Under the pieces are notes generated by a model. It was not told the DNA's origin, searched no databases, and worked only from the letters and a program-made list of their open reading frames with translations. This document shows, piece after piece, positions 10,368-20,619 of a DNA stretch of 64,000 nucleotides (the first letter of the stretch is position 1; every line of letters begins with the position of its first letter). Source of the stretch: an uncultured Bacillota bacterium (GTDB taxonomy: Bacteria; Bacillota; DTU025; MWDF01); NCBI GenBank assembly GCA_963823655.1, contig CAWGMK010000010.1, forward strand, positions 224,001 through 288,000, written 5' to 3'. The position numbers and the translations under genes are program-made.

Positions 10368-11489
10368 CTAGCGAGCGATCAGGCTCAGGATCATACCGCC
10401 CGCGATAACGGACGCGATCTGGCCTGATACATTCGAACCCACTGCGTGCATCAGAAGGAAGTTCTGCTTGTCCTCTGCTTGGCCCATCTTATGGATTACG
10501 CGCGCCGACATGGGGAATGCGCTTATTCCCGCGGCGCCGACCATCGGGTTTATCTTGTTCTTCGAGAACAGGTTCAGGAACTTGGCGAAGAAGACCCCGC
10601 CTATTGTGTCGAAGGCGAAAGCGACCAAGCCTAGCCCCAGGATCATAAGAGTCTCGCCCGTTACGAACAAGTCGGCCCGCATCTTTGCAGCCACCGAAAT
10701 CCCTAGAAGCAGCGTGATCAGGTTAACAAGCGAATTTTGTGCGGTCTTGGACAGCGCCTGGAGTACTCCGCTTTCTCGAACCAGGTTGCCGAACATCAGA
10801 AAGCCGATGAGCGCCACCGAGCGGGGCGCCGCAATGCCTGCGATAACCGTAACTACTATGGGGAAGAGTATCCTTACGGTCTTGCTGACTGAGGCCGGTT
10901 TGTAATTCATGCGGATCATGCGCTCTTTCTTCGTCGTGATGAGCTTGATTATCGGAGGCTGGACTATGGGGACCAGCGCCATGTATGAGTAGGCGGCGAC
11001 TATTATCGGCCCGATATAGGCGCTCTTGTAGTAGTTCGCCACGAAGATCGAGGTCGGCCCGTCGGCCGCTCCTATGATGGCGATAGATGCCGCGTTCCTG
11101 ATATCGAACCCCAGCATGACGGCCATGCCCAAAGTGAAGAAGATGCCAAACTGGGCGGCAGCGCCGAACAGCAGCATCTTAGGGTTTGAAAGCAGGGGGC
11201 CGAAGTCTATCATTGCGCCTATGCCTATGAAAAGCAGCAGCGGGAATAGCTCGTTGGCTATGCCTATCTTATAGAGCAGGTCGATTACGCCCTCTTCCAT
11301 GGTGCCGGCGTATGTCTGCAGCAGCGCCCCGGAAAAAGGCAGGTTGACGATTATTGCGCCAAAGCCCATGGGAAGCAGGAGGGCAGGCTCCATTTCTTTC
11401 TTGATTGCAAGATAGATCAGGGTCCCGCCGATCGTCCACATGACAAGCATTTGCCAAGTTATAGAAGTGAAGTTGTCCAGGATGCTCAT
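10368..11489 (-). CDS. Na+-translocating decarboxylase beta subunit (OadB/MmdB family), copy 2
   Basis: [40 protein letters not shown]. Confidence 0.95.
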   Translation of the reverse strand: MSILDNFTSITWQMLVMWTIGGTLIYLAIKKEMEPALLLPMGFGAIIVNLPFSGALLQTYAGTMEEGVIDLLYKIGIANELFPLLLFIGIGAMIDFGPLLSNPKMLLFGAAAQFGIFFTLGMAVMLGFDIRNAASIAIIGAADGPTSIFVANYYKSAYIGPIIVAAYSYMALVPIVQPPIIKLITTKKERMIRMNYKPASVSKTVRILFPIVVTVIAGIAAPRSVALIGFLMFGNLVRESGVLQALSKTAQNSLVNLITLLLGISVAAKMRADLFVTGETLMILGLGLVAFAFDTIGGVFFAKFLNLFSKNKINPMVGAAGISAFPMSARVIHKMGQAEDKQNFLLMHAVGSNVSGQIASVIAGGMILSLIAR

Positions 11490-11660
11490 TGGTTCTCATT
11501 CCTTTCGCGAAGAAGAGGTACGGACTTCCCATTGCTGCAAGTCAGGAAACCATAAGGCGGCGTGTTTGCCAAAATTCTCGTTCGGCCCCGTTGCTCCATT
11601 CTTAATGCAATGTAAGCGAAGTTCCGTCTTCTGGTTCGCCGTTCAGCTTGTCTTGCGCAT

Positions 11661-11688
11661 AAAAAGTCCGGGACAAAGCCCGGACTTT
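11661..11688 (-). terminator. Intrinsic terminator after the first beta-subunit gene
   Basis: aaagtccggg-cttt-gtcccggacttttt on the minus strand. Confidence 0.75.
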
Positions 11689-11698
11689 AGGATTTACC

Positions 11699-12873
11699 CT
11701 ATTTCGGTCCGTAAAGGGAAAGCAATATGCCTGCGGCTATGGCTGAGCCTATGACTCCTGCCACATTAGGTCCCATCGCATGCATCAGAAGGAAGTTCCT
11801 GGGATTGTCCTTCTGGCCAACTACCTGCGAGACGCGCGCTGCCATCGGTACTGCGGACACCCCGGCGGAGCCGATCAGAGGATTCACCTTGCCCCCTGTC
11901 ATCCAGTACATGAGCTTTCCGAGCAGAACGCCTCCTGCAGTTCCTCCGGCGAATGCGGCTAGGCCCATGAAGATGATTTTGAGCGTCTCGGCTGTAAGGA
12001 ACCTCTCCGCGGATGCTGTAGCCCCTACGGTTACGCCCAGGAAGATCACTATTATGTTGTTGAGGTCATTTTGCGCCGTCTTGGACAGCCGCTCTACCAC
12101 GCCCGATTCTGCGGAACAGGTTGCCCATCATCAGCGAGCCGACCAGAGCCGCGGCAGAAGGGACAAGCATCCCGACCGCAATGGTCGTCACGATGGGGAA
12201 GATTATCCTTTCGAATTTGGAGACGGGCCTCAGCTGCTCCATCACTACCATGCGCTCCTTCTTGGTGGTAAGCGCCCTCATGATGGGAGGCTGGATTATC
12301 GGCACAAGGGCCATATAGGAGTACGCGGCGATGGCTATGGGCCCGAGCAGATGGGGTGCCAGCTTGGTAGTCAGGTATATCGCGGTGGGGCCGTCAGCGC
12401 CCCCGATTATGCCGATCGATGCCGCCTCCTGGGGATTGAAGCCCAGAAGCAGCGCTCCGATGAACGTCGTGAATATGCCCAGCTGCGCGGCGGCGCCAAG
12501 CAAAATTGTCTTGGGGTTGGCGATAAGAGGGCCGAAGTCCGTCATGGCGCCTACGCCCAAGAAGATGAGGGGAGGATAAACGCCCAGCTTTACGCCCTGG
12601 TACAGGTAGTAGAGAAGGCCGCCCGGGCTGCACTCTTTCCAAGGTGCTTCCGTCCGCCAGCAAATCCTTAACCATCGTCGGCCCATCCATGAGGCCCGCG
12701 AGGGGAAGGTTAGCAAGCAGCATGCCGAAAGCTATCGGCACCAGCAGGAGCGGTTCGAACTTCCTTACTATGGCAAGGTACAGAAGGACGCAGGAGACCA
12801 GTATCATCAGGCCCTGCTGCCAGGTAATCGCGTAATATCCCGTCGTCTTGACGAAATCAAGTAAGGCCTGCAT
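11699..12873 (-). CDS. mmdB: Na+-translocating decarboxylase beta subunit, copy 1 (two apparent frameshifts)
   Basis: [39 protein letters not shown] across three frames. Confidence 0.9.
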
Positions 12874-12894
12874 GGGATCGCCCCTTTCAGGTAT

Positions 12895-13278
12895 TTATCC
12901 TATTGTGACTAGGGCTTCGTCAGTGTTGACGGTTGTGTCCCTGGATACGTGCACTGCCGTTATCGAGCCGGACACGCCAGCGAAGATCTCGTTTTCCATC
13001 TTCATGGCTTCTAGGATTACGACAACTGTGTCGGGAGTCACTTTATCGCCTACTTTAACCCTAATGTCTTTGATGACGCCAGGCATGGGCGATACTACGG
13101 AACCAGCTCCAGCAGAGGCCGGGGCCGGCTTGGGAGCTGCCACGGGTGCGGGAGCAGGGGCCGCGGCCCTTACAACAGGCGCCGGCGCGGGGGCGTAGGA
13201 TGCCGTTGCTCCCAACTCCTCGACTTCTACTTCATATGCATTGCCGTTTACGTTTACTCTAAACTTCCTCAAGGTCAA
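12895..13278 (-). CDS. mmdC: Biotin carboxyl carrier subunit
   Basis: Ala/Pro linker and EAMKMENE biotinylation motif. Confidence 0.92.
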   Translation of the reverse strand: MTLRKFRVNVNGNAYEVEVEELGATASYAPAPAPVVRAAAPAPAPVAAPKPAPASAGAGSVVSPMPGVIKDIRVKVGDKVTPDTVVVILEAMKMENEIFAGVSGSITAVHVSRDTTVNTDEALVTIG

Positions 13279-13306
13279 TACCTCCTAAAGAATAGTTGAA
13301 AAGCTT

Positions 13307-13705
13307 CTAGAGCCTGCTTGCCATTATGTCCCTTCGGCCAGCTAAGGCCCACAAATTAAGCTTCGGTCCGAGAGGCCTGACTGCGGTTACCGCGCCCTGC
13401 ACTCCCTCGGAAGTAAGAATTGCCATTACGGCGGCTATTGCAGCGATTTCCTCATCGGCCGTTGAAGTCTTCGAGGCCACCGGGGTTACATTATCGACAA
13501 CCGGGGCATCGGCTTTTTCTACTTTCTCAATCGTTACTGCGGTCGGTTCGCTGCCGGGCTTTTCGGCTTTCGCTGCGGGCCTCTTTGCGCCCGTTTTGCT
13601 AATTCCCGCAAGCCCCAACATTATATACATAAGGAATATCAGGCCGAGAAACACCACCAGCATTCCCAGGCCCGTAGTTGATAATCCCTTTACCAGGTTC
13701 TCCAT
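13307..13705 (-). CDS. mmdD: OadG/MmdD family membrane-anchored subunit
   Basis: N-terminal TM (GMLVVFLGL), EEIAAIAA and C-terminal WALAGR. Confidence 0.85.
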   Translation of the reverse strand: MENLVKGLSTTGLGMLVVFLGLIFLMYIMLGLAGISKTGAKRPAAKAEKPGSEPTAVTIEKVEKADAPVVDNVTPVASKTSTADEEIAAIAAVMAILTSEGVQGAVTAVRPLGPKLNLWALAGRRDIMASRL

Positions 13706-13730
13706 TAATCAAACACCTCCGGCTGTCCGA

Positions 13731-15272
13731 CTATACGGGCAGGTTGCCATGCTTCTTGGCGGGGCGGCTGTCGCGTTTGGAGGAGAGCATCTCAAGCGCC
13801 CTTGCAATCTTGATGCGCGTCTCGGCGGGGTCGATGACATCATCGATATAGCCCCTGGAAGCTGCGACATAAGGATTGGCGAAGGTGTTGCGGTACTCGT
13901 CGATCTTCTCCTTGCGCTTGGCGTTCTTGTCCTCGGCGCCTTCGATCTCCTTGCGGAAGATGATGTTCGCCGCGCCGTCCGGCCCCATGACCGCGATTTC
14001 GGCGTTGGGCCATGCCGCAACGTAGTCGGCCCCCAGGTCGCGGCTGCACATGGCGAGGTATGCCCCGCCGTAGCTCTTCCTGACTATGAGGCTGATCTTC
14101 GGCACAGTGGCCTCGGAGTATGCGTAAAGCAACTTGGCGCCGTGCCTGATTATGCCGCCGAGCTCCTGGTTGGTGCCGGGCAGGAAGCCAGGCACGTCCA
14201 CAACGTTAACTACAGGCACATTGAATGCGTCGCAGAAACGTATGAAGCGCGCGGCCTTGTCCGACGCGTTTATATCGAGGCAGCCCGCCAGCACTTTGGG
14301 CTGGTTGGCGATTATCCCTATGCTCTGTCCCGCGACCCTTGCGAAGCCGACCACTATGTTCATCGCATAGAGGGCCTGTACCTCGAAGAAGTCGCCCGCG
14401 TCGACGAAACCGGCGATAATGTCGCGCACATCGTACGACTTGTTGGGCTCAGAGGGCACTATGCTGTTCAAAGCCTGAACCAGGCCAACCTGTGCAGCGT
14501 CGCCCATTGGCGCCTCCTCCAGGTTGTTGGAGGGCAGGTATGACAGAAGCTTCCTTATCATATAGAAGGTCTGGTCCTCGTCCTCGCACATGAAGTGCGC
14601 AACGCCGCTGGTCTGGTTGTGGGTGAGGGCACCGCCGAGCTTCTCAGCCGTTACATCCTCGCCAGTGACCGATTTGATGACCTGCGGGCCTGTTATGAAC
14701 ATGTTGGAACCCTTCACCATGAAAACGAAGTCGGTGAGGGCGGGGGAGTATACCGCGCCGCCGGCGCAGGGGCCCATTATAACGGAGATCTGCGGGATGA
14801 CGCCCGATGAGATCACGTTCCTGTAGAAGATCTGGCCATATCCCGAGAGCGCGTCAACGCCCTCCTGTATCCTTGCTCCGCCTGAATCGTTGATGCCGAT
14901 GCAAGGTGCGCCAGTCTTAAGCGCCAGGTCCATCACTTTGCATATCTTCTTTGCGTGCATCTCGCCAAGCGAGCCGCCCATGGTAGTGAAATCCTGGGCA
15001 TAGACGAACACTTGCCTGCCTTCGACCGTACCGTGGCCGGTAACCACGCCTTCTCCCGGCAGCTCCTGCTTGTCCATGCCGAGATCAGAGCAGCGGTGCC
15101 TAACGAACATATCGAGCTCTTCGAAGCTGCCGGGATCGAGGAATTTGGCAATCCTCTCACGCGCAGTTAGCTTTCCGCTCTCATGCTGCTTGGCAATCCT
15201 GTCGGGGCCGCCTCCGAGTTTGACCTTGTCGCGCATTGCCGTAAGGTCATTGATGAGCTTGTTCTCCGACAC
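13731..15272 (-). CDS. mmdA: Methylmalonyl-CoA decarboxylase alpha / acyl-CoA carboxyltransferase
   Basis: GKLTARER, GGSLGE, DSGGARIQEG, GPCAGGAVYSPA, DVPGFLPG, KKHGNLP. Confidence 0.93.
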   Translation of the reverse strand: MSENKLINDLTAMRDKVKLGGGPDRIAKQHESGKLTARERIAKFLDPGSFEELDMFVRHRCSDLGMDKQELPGEGVVTGHGTVEGRQVFVYAQDFTTMGGSLGEMHAKKICKVMDLALKTGAPCIGINDSGGARIQEGVDALSGYGQIFYRNVISSGVIPQISVIMGPCAGGAVYSPALTDFVFMVKGSNMFITGPQVIKSVTGEDVTAEKLGGALTHNQTSGVAHFMCEDEDQTFYMIRKLLSYLPSNNLEEAPMGDAAQVGLVQALNSIVPSEPNKSYDVRDIIAGFVDAGDFFEVQALYAMNIVVGFARVAGQSIGIIANQPKVLAGCLDINASDKAARFIRFCDAFNVPVVNVVDVPGFLPGTNQELGGIIRHGAKLLYAYSEATVPKISLIVRKSYGGAYLAMCSRDLGADYVAAWPNAEIAVMGPDGAANIIFRKEIEGAEDKNAKRKEKIDEYRNTFANPYVAASRGYIDDVIDPAETRIKIARALEMLSSKRDSRPAKKHGNLPV

Positions 15273-15619
15273 GCGAAATCACCCCTGTATCATTTATCGT
15301 AGTATTGCTAAAAAGGCAACTATTTTCACAATTAACAATTATATCAGAGGGTAGTCAAGTGGAATATAGCAATATGTCGGGGATATTCTTCATACATCGC
15401 ATGGAATAATGGCATATTAACCAAATTATACAGTATACAGAGAGGATCCCGCAGACTGATAGTGCATTAATTCACATACAGTTGCGCCACATTCCCATTA
15501 AACATTATCTGTCAAGCGATCGGCCTGCTGCCGGTCATGGCGCCAAGGGCTGATAATAATGCATACAGGTGTTATAATTCTATAAAGAAGCAATCTTTAT
15601 GCTATTTGAGGAGAAACTG

Positions 15620-16561
15620 ATGGAAAGAAGGACTCTTGGCAGATCAGGCATCGAAGTCACAAGGATGTGTTTCGGAACTCTTACCTTCAGGCAACTTAAC
15701 ACGAACCCGAAGGTTGCGGCAGACGTCATAATCCACGCGATAGACAACGGTGTAAACTTTGTGGACACGGCCCAGGGATATGCCACTTATGAGCATGTCA
15801 AGCTGGCGCTTAAGGCGAGGCCGGGCTTCGTTGTGGACACGAAGTCGCCGGCAAAGACATATGAGGAGATGGCAGCTTCCATAGAGGCTGCAAGACGCGG
15901 GATGGAGCTCGATACTATAGACAGCTTCCTTCTGCACGGCTGCGGAGGCCCCGGCGACGGCATTAAAGAAAGGGCGGGCGCCCTAGATTGCCTGCTGGAG
16001 GCCAAATCCAAGGGGATAGTCAAAGCCGTCGGCCTATCAAGCCATTACGTATCGGGCATTGAACAAGCTGCCGCGTGCGATGAAATGGACGTATGCCACC
16101 CGCTGTTCAACATGCTTGGCAAGGGCGTGCCGGACGGCACAGTGCACGATATGGAAGCGGCCTGCAAAAGGGCATATGAGGCGGGCAAGGGCCTGTTCAG
16201 CATGAAGTCTCTGGCCGGCGGCCTGCTAATCCCGAGGCGCAAGGAAGCCTTCGAATACGTACTCGGCAGCGAGTACATATCGTCGATAGCGGTCGGGATG
16301 ACGACTACTGCTGAGGTGGACCACAATATCGCTTTCTTCGAGGGAAGAGAAGAGAAGGAAGCATCCACGGCCGAGCTCAAACCACAGGGAATGAGGCTTC
16401 ATATACTTGGCAGCTGCGTCGGGTGCGGTGACTGCGTGAAGGTGTGCCCCTCCGGCGCGATGAGCATAGTGGACGGCAAAGCCAAGGCCGATCCGAATCT
16501 TTGCCTTACCTGCGGATACTGCGGCTTCGAATGCAAAAGGTTCTGCATAAGGCTGGTATAG
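15620..16561 (+). CDS. Aldo/keto reductase with C-terminal 2x[4Fe-4S] domain
   Basis: GVNFVDTAQGY, VGLSSH, MKSLAGG; CVGCGDCVKVCP and CLTCGYCGFEC. Confidence 0.9.
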   Translation: MERRTLGRSGIEVTRMCFGTLTFRQLNTNPKVAADVIIHAIDNGVNFVDTAQGYATYEHVKLALKARPGFVVDTKSPAKTYEEMAASIEAARRGMELDTIDSFLLHGCGGPGDGIKERAGALDCLLEAKSKGIVKAVGLSSHYVSGIEQAAACDEMDVCHPLFNMLGKGVPDGTVHDMEAACKRAYEAGKGLFSMKSLAGGLLIPRRKEAFEYVLGSEYISSIAVGMTTTAEVDHNIAFFEGREEKEASTAELKPQGMRLHILGSCVGCGDCVKVCPSGAMSIVDGKAKADPNLCLTCGYCGFECKRFCIRLV

Positions 16562-16599
16562 CGCCTGCATCAGTGCTGAACTAAAAGGGGGAAGGCGCG

Positions 16600-17731
16600 A
16601 TGGCGATGCTCAAAAAGCTTACAACTTTCGAAGCGGCCTGCATAATTGCGGGAAACGGTATCGGAGGCGGCGTCATGGCGGTGCCGTACTTGGCATCCAA
16701 AGCGGGCGTCTGGCCACTTTTGTTGACCGCGGCCATCGGTTTTGCCGCGGCCCTTATACTTCACCTTATGATACTGGAGGCGTCTTTGAAGGCGCCCGGC
16801 ATGCAGATACTCTCAATCCTGGACAAGTTCCTTTTCAAGGGCAGGAAGCCTTTCATCTACCTGTTCTTCGCATTGATCGCGCTCGGTGCCGTCTCCAACC
16901 TGGCTGCCTATATGTCCGGAGGGGCCGCGGTAATGGAGGGCTGGGGCGTTAACATGTGGGTCTCGGCCGGAATATTCTACCTGTTGTGCGCAGCCATTGT
17001 CCTGTTCGGCATAAAGTCCATGGGCGTGGGTGAGAAGGCGGCTGTCATCGGAATGATAGGCATCGCTGTTTACATCGCGGGCTCATCGCTTTCCGGCACA
17101 GCGTCACCGGCTCCCGCAATGGCCGATTCTAAGGCCTGGCTTGCGCTTTACGGCATGCTGATGTTCTGCCTGGGCTCATATTTCGCCATACCTCAGGTCG
17201 TAAAGGGCCTGGAAGGCGAGGGAAGGCCTGCGGCGAAGGCCGTAGTTACAGGGCTCATTTTGAACATCGCGATAACGCGTGATCATAGCGCTTTCGGTGA
17301 TGAAGGTATCTGACCCAGTCACTAAAGTAGCCATTGTAGGATGGTCTGAAGTGATAGGCGGCGCATCCGGAGCCCTGGGTTCAGCCTTCGTATGGCTTGC
17401 GTTAGCCACCAGCTTCTGGTCGCTCTCCTATGCCCTCAAGGACATAATAATGGAGCAGTTCGGGGTGAAGAGGCACACATTGGCGTGGCTCTTTGCGACG
17501 GCCCCCGCAGTCATCATGCTCACCGCAGGTACCGGCTTCATAGAGCTTCTCAAGCTTGCTGGCGGCGCCACCGCCCTTGTGCTCATGTTCACGCTGCTTC
17601 CCGCATTCGTCAACTCGAGGAAACAGAAGGGGAGCTGGTCGATAGGCGCGCTTGGCGGCCCGATAGTGCTTGTCTTGATAGTCATTGCATATGCCGCGAT
17701 GGCGGCAGGCTCACTTATACCGGTGGATTAG
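16600..17731 (+). CDS. Aromatic amino acid/HAAAP-type permease (apparent frameshift near 17279)
   Basis: IAGNGIGGGVMAVPY TM1 motif, ALATSFW, many TM segments. Confidence 0.8.
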
Positions 17732-17781
17732 AGGCTAATTTGCCCGCCTCGTAAAGCCCGGCGGGTCCGGAGGTAATACGG

Positions 17782-18825
17782 ATGAATGATTACATCGAGC
17801 TGAGATCGGACACTACAACGCACCCGACCGACGAGATGAGGGAGGCCATGAGGATGGCTCCCGTCGGAGACGATGTCTTCGGCGAAGATCCGACAGTCAA
17901 TAAGCTTGAGGAGATCGCCGCGGCGAAAATGGGCAAGGAGGCCGCGCTTTTCGTGGCCTCCGGAACCATGGGCAACATCACGGCGCTTCTTACGCACTGC
18001 AAGAGGGGCGATGAGGTGGTGCTCGAATCCGAGTGCCATATCTACTACTACGAAGTAGGCGGCATGTCCGCTCTAGGAGGCATGGTGCCGCGCCTTGTTA
18101 CAGGCAAGGACGGGATGATGAAGGCCGAGGATGTAAGGTCCGCCATCAGGGAATACAACGTACATTACGCGATGCCCTCTCTCATATGCGTGGAGAATAC
18201 GCACAACAGGGGCGGCGGGACGATATATGACCTGGAGAGGCTCTCCCAGATAAGGGCGGTCGCCGATGAGAAGGGCCTGCCGATGCACTTGGACGGCGCC
18301 AGGATATTCAACGCCTCCGTCAAGCTGGGTGTTGAGGCCTCACAGATTGCCAAGTACTTCGACAGCATACAGTTCTGCCTTTCGAAAGGGCTCTCTGCTC
18401 CGGTAGGATCCATCCTGGCAGGTGACAAAGCCTTCATAGCGAAGGCGAGGAAGTACAGGAAGATGCTCGGAGGCGGCATGAGGCAGGCTGGTATTATCGC
18501 TGCGGCCGGCATTGTAGCGCTGGAAAAGATGATACCCCGCCTGGCAGAGGACCACGAGAACGCAAGGCTTCTCGCCGAGGGCCTGTCGAAGATACCCGGC
18601 ATATCGGTGGACCTTAGCACCGTAGTGACCAACATGGTCGTATTCGACGTATCGGCGCTGGGCATAGGCTCGGATGCCTTCGCAAAGGAGTTCTGGGCGG
18701 AGGGCGTAAGGGTCACCGTAAGGCCGCCGCATAAGCTCAGGGCGGTCACCAGCCGCATGTTCTCAAGGCAGGAAGTACAGCTTACGCTGGAAAAAGCTGC
18801 GAAAGTTTGCTCAAGGCACATTTAG
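17782..18825 (+). CDS. ltaE: Low-specificity L-threonine aldolase
   Basis: ELRSDT, GDDVFGEDPT, ENTHN, HLDGARIFNA, CLSKGL (PLP Lys), GGGMRQAG. Confidence 0.95.
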   Translation: MNDYIELRSDTTTHPTDEMREAMRMAPVGDDVFGEDPTVNKLEEIAAAKMGKEAALFVASGTMGNITALLTHCKRGDEVVLESECHIYYYEVGGMSALGGMVPRLVTGKDGMMKAEDVRSAIREYNVHYAMPSLICVENTHNRGGGTIYDLERLSQIRAVADEKGLPMHLDGARIFNASVKLGVEASQIAKYFDSIQFCLSKGLSAPVGSILAGDKAFIAKARKYRKMLGGGMRQAGIIAAAGIVALEKMIPRLAEDHENARLLAEGLSKIPGISVDLSTVVTNMVVFDVSALGIGSDAFAKEFWAEGVRVTVRPPHKLRAVTSRMFSRQEVQLTLEKAAKVCSRHI

Positions 18826-18888
18826 CTGAAGGACATTAGCATGTGAATGTTTAATCCTACTAACGCAATATATTAAGGAGGCGGAACA

Positions 18889-19476
18889 ATGCGCAGATTC
18901 ACAATTATCATGCTCACTATCCTGATGATAGGGGCGATGGCAGGCGCGGTGGCATCTATAGAGGCACCGGAGCCCGCGTACCCGATGTACATGACCACCA
19001 CAGGCCAGGGTCCGGACGCGATGATGCTGGACATCCTGCTCAATAAGGTACAGGGCATTCCCGTCAAGTTCGACACAGTGCTCAAGGCAGAAAACTGCGC
19101 GGATATGAAGACCATCATATTCGTGGCGGGCTACAGCGGCAAGGGAATGACCGCCGCAGGAATCAACGACGCCGCCGAGGAAGCCAGGGTCAAGGGCCTG
19201 ATGGAGCTCGCGGCCAAAAACAGCGCCTACGTGATAATAGTTCATATGGGCGGCACGACCCGCCGCGGCGCAAGCTCCGACAAATTCACGGATTTTGTAG
19301 CAACCGGCGTAAGCAAGATCGTAGTAATCCCCGACAGCAACAAGGACGGCTATTTCACCAAGATGGCAGAGCTTAAGGGCGTCGGCCTTGTGACGGTTGA
19401 TGTTCCGGAGGGCGGATCGGTCAGGACCCTCGTCGCCCAGGCTCTGAAGGCGATATTGCCGGCACCTGTAAAGTAA
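18889..19476 (+). CDS. Secreted DUF6305-like protein, copy 1
   Basis: Signal peptide; TTTGQGPD, GYSGKGMTAAGI, HMGGTTRRGASSD, NKDGYFT motifs. Confidence 0.75.
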   Translation: MRRFTIIMLTILMIGAMAGAVASIEAPEPAYPMYMTTTGQGPDAMMLDILLNKVQGIPVKFDTVLKAENCADMKTIIFVAGYSGKGMTAAGINDAAEEARVKGLMELAAKNSAYVIIVHMGGTTRRGASSDKFTDFVATGVSKIVVIPDSNKDGYFTKMAELKGVGLVTVDVPEGGSVRTLVAQALKAILPAPVK

Positions 19477-19509
19477 AGAGCGCGCGACTTGCGAATGGAG
19501 GATTGAGCG

Positions 19510-20563
19510 ATGCAGAAGCTTAGAAGGATATTAGCAATCCTTGCCATAATCGCGGTGAGCGTGATGTTCACTGCCGGCGCCGCCTCGGCGCTGCCGGGTC
19601 CGCTTATCCATGACGAAAGGCCGGGAACCGGAGTCACCCAGATGAGGTGGCTGTCCGATTATTTCAAGCCTATTGCCGGCACTCCGGTGGATACGAAAGT
19701 ATACATCATGGACAGCGGAAAGCCGGGGCCGACCGCGATTGTGCTCGGAGGCACCCACGGCAATGAGATCTCGGGCATCATGGCCACGACGCTGATAATC
19801 GAGAAGGCGACCGTAACGAAGGGGCGCCTCATTGTACTTACGCATGCCAACAACGCGGCGAACGCCAACAAGGACACAAGGACCAACATCGAATGGGTTA
19901 AGCTTGCGACTCCTAGCGGCGAGCGTACGTTCAGGTACGGCGCAAGGGATACCGTGGCAGATTTCCAGGAGCCGGACCCCGAGAAATACAAGCACTTCCC
20001 GACGGGCCAGGAGCTTGCGGGCAATGAGGCCAGGAACCTGAACCGCAACTATCCGGGCAAAGCCGATGGAACACTTACCCAGCAGCTTGCATACGCGATC
20101 ATGAGGCTAATAGAAGCCGAAGGCGCGACTATCGGCATGGACTTCCACGAGGCGGACCCGGGCGGAAGGTTGGAATGGATGCTTGTCACCAACCCCAAGA
20201 GCTTACAAATAGGCGCTATGGCGATGGTCTATATGGAGATGAACACGGGCTTTACGCTGAAGACTCTTAGAGCCTTCGTCCGATGTCAGGGGCCTTACCC
20301 ACAGGGAGTGGGGCGACTACTTCAAGGACATGCACCCTTACCTGATAGAGACGGGCAATCCCGGAATGGGGGCCAATTCGATGACCGCTGACGTCGTCAA
20401 TGACGCCTCAAGGCCGCTTGGCTTAAGGGTAGCGGTGGCGCTCAATACGCTGCTGGCAGTATTCGAAGCTGAGAAGGACACGCGCGGGGACGCGCCGGTC
20501 CTTACAGGGCTTCCAAGCTTCGCCGAGCTTTCCAAGCAAGGCGTAGGCAAATTCCTCAGATAG
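19510..20563 (+). CDS. Secreted succinylglutamate desuccinylase/aspartoacylase (M14-like) hydrolase, copy 1 (apparent frameshift near 20270)
   Basis: Signal peptide; GGTHGNE, RNLNRNYPG, DFHEA, ETGNP. Confidence 0.85.
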
Positions 20564-20619
20564 GTTTTATGGAATATTCGCGATTCCTAGAAAACATATT
20601 CGAAGGGAGGACTCGGTAG

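Noticed and set aside
11490-11660. Possible Na+ or c-di-GMP riboswitch before the second beta subunit
   Set aside because: Only a GGCAAAC fragment is present; I could not build the consensus structure or an expression platform.
13326-14543. Long antisense ORFs (for example 405 aa here, 314 aa at 11727, 290 aa at 37135)
   Set aside because: These are shadow ORFs opposite well-supported genes in GC-rich DNA, with no motifs or RBS.
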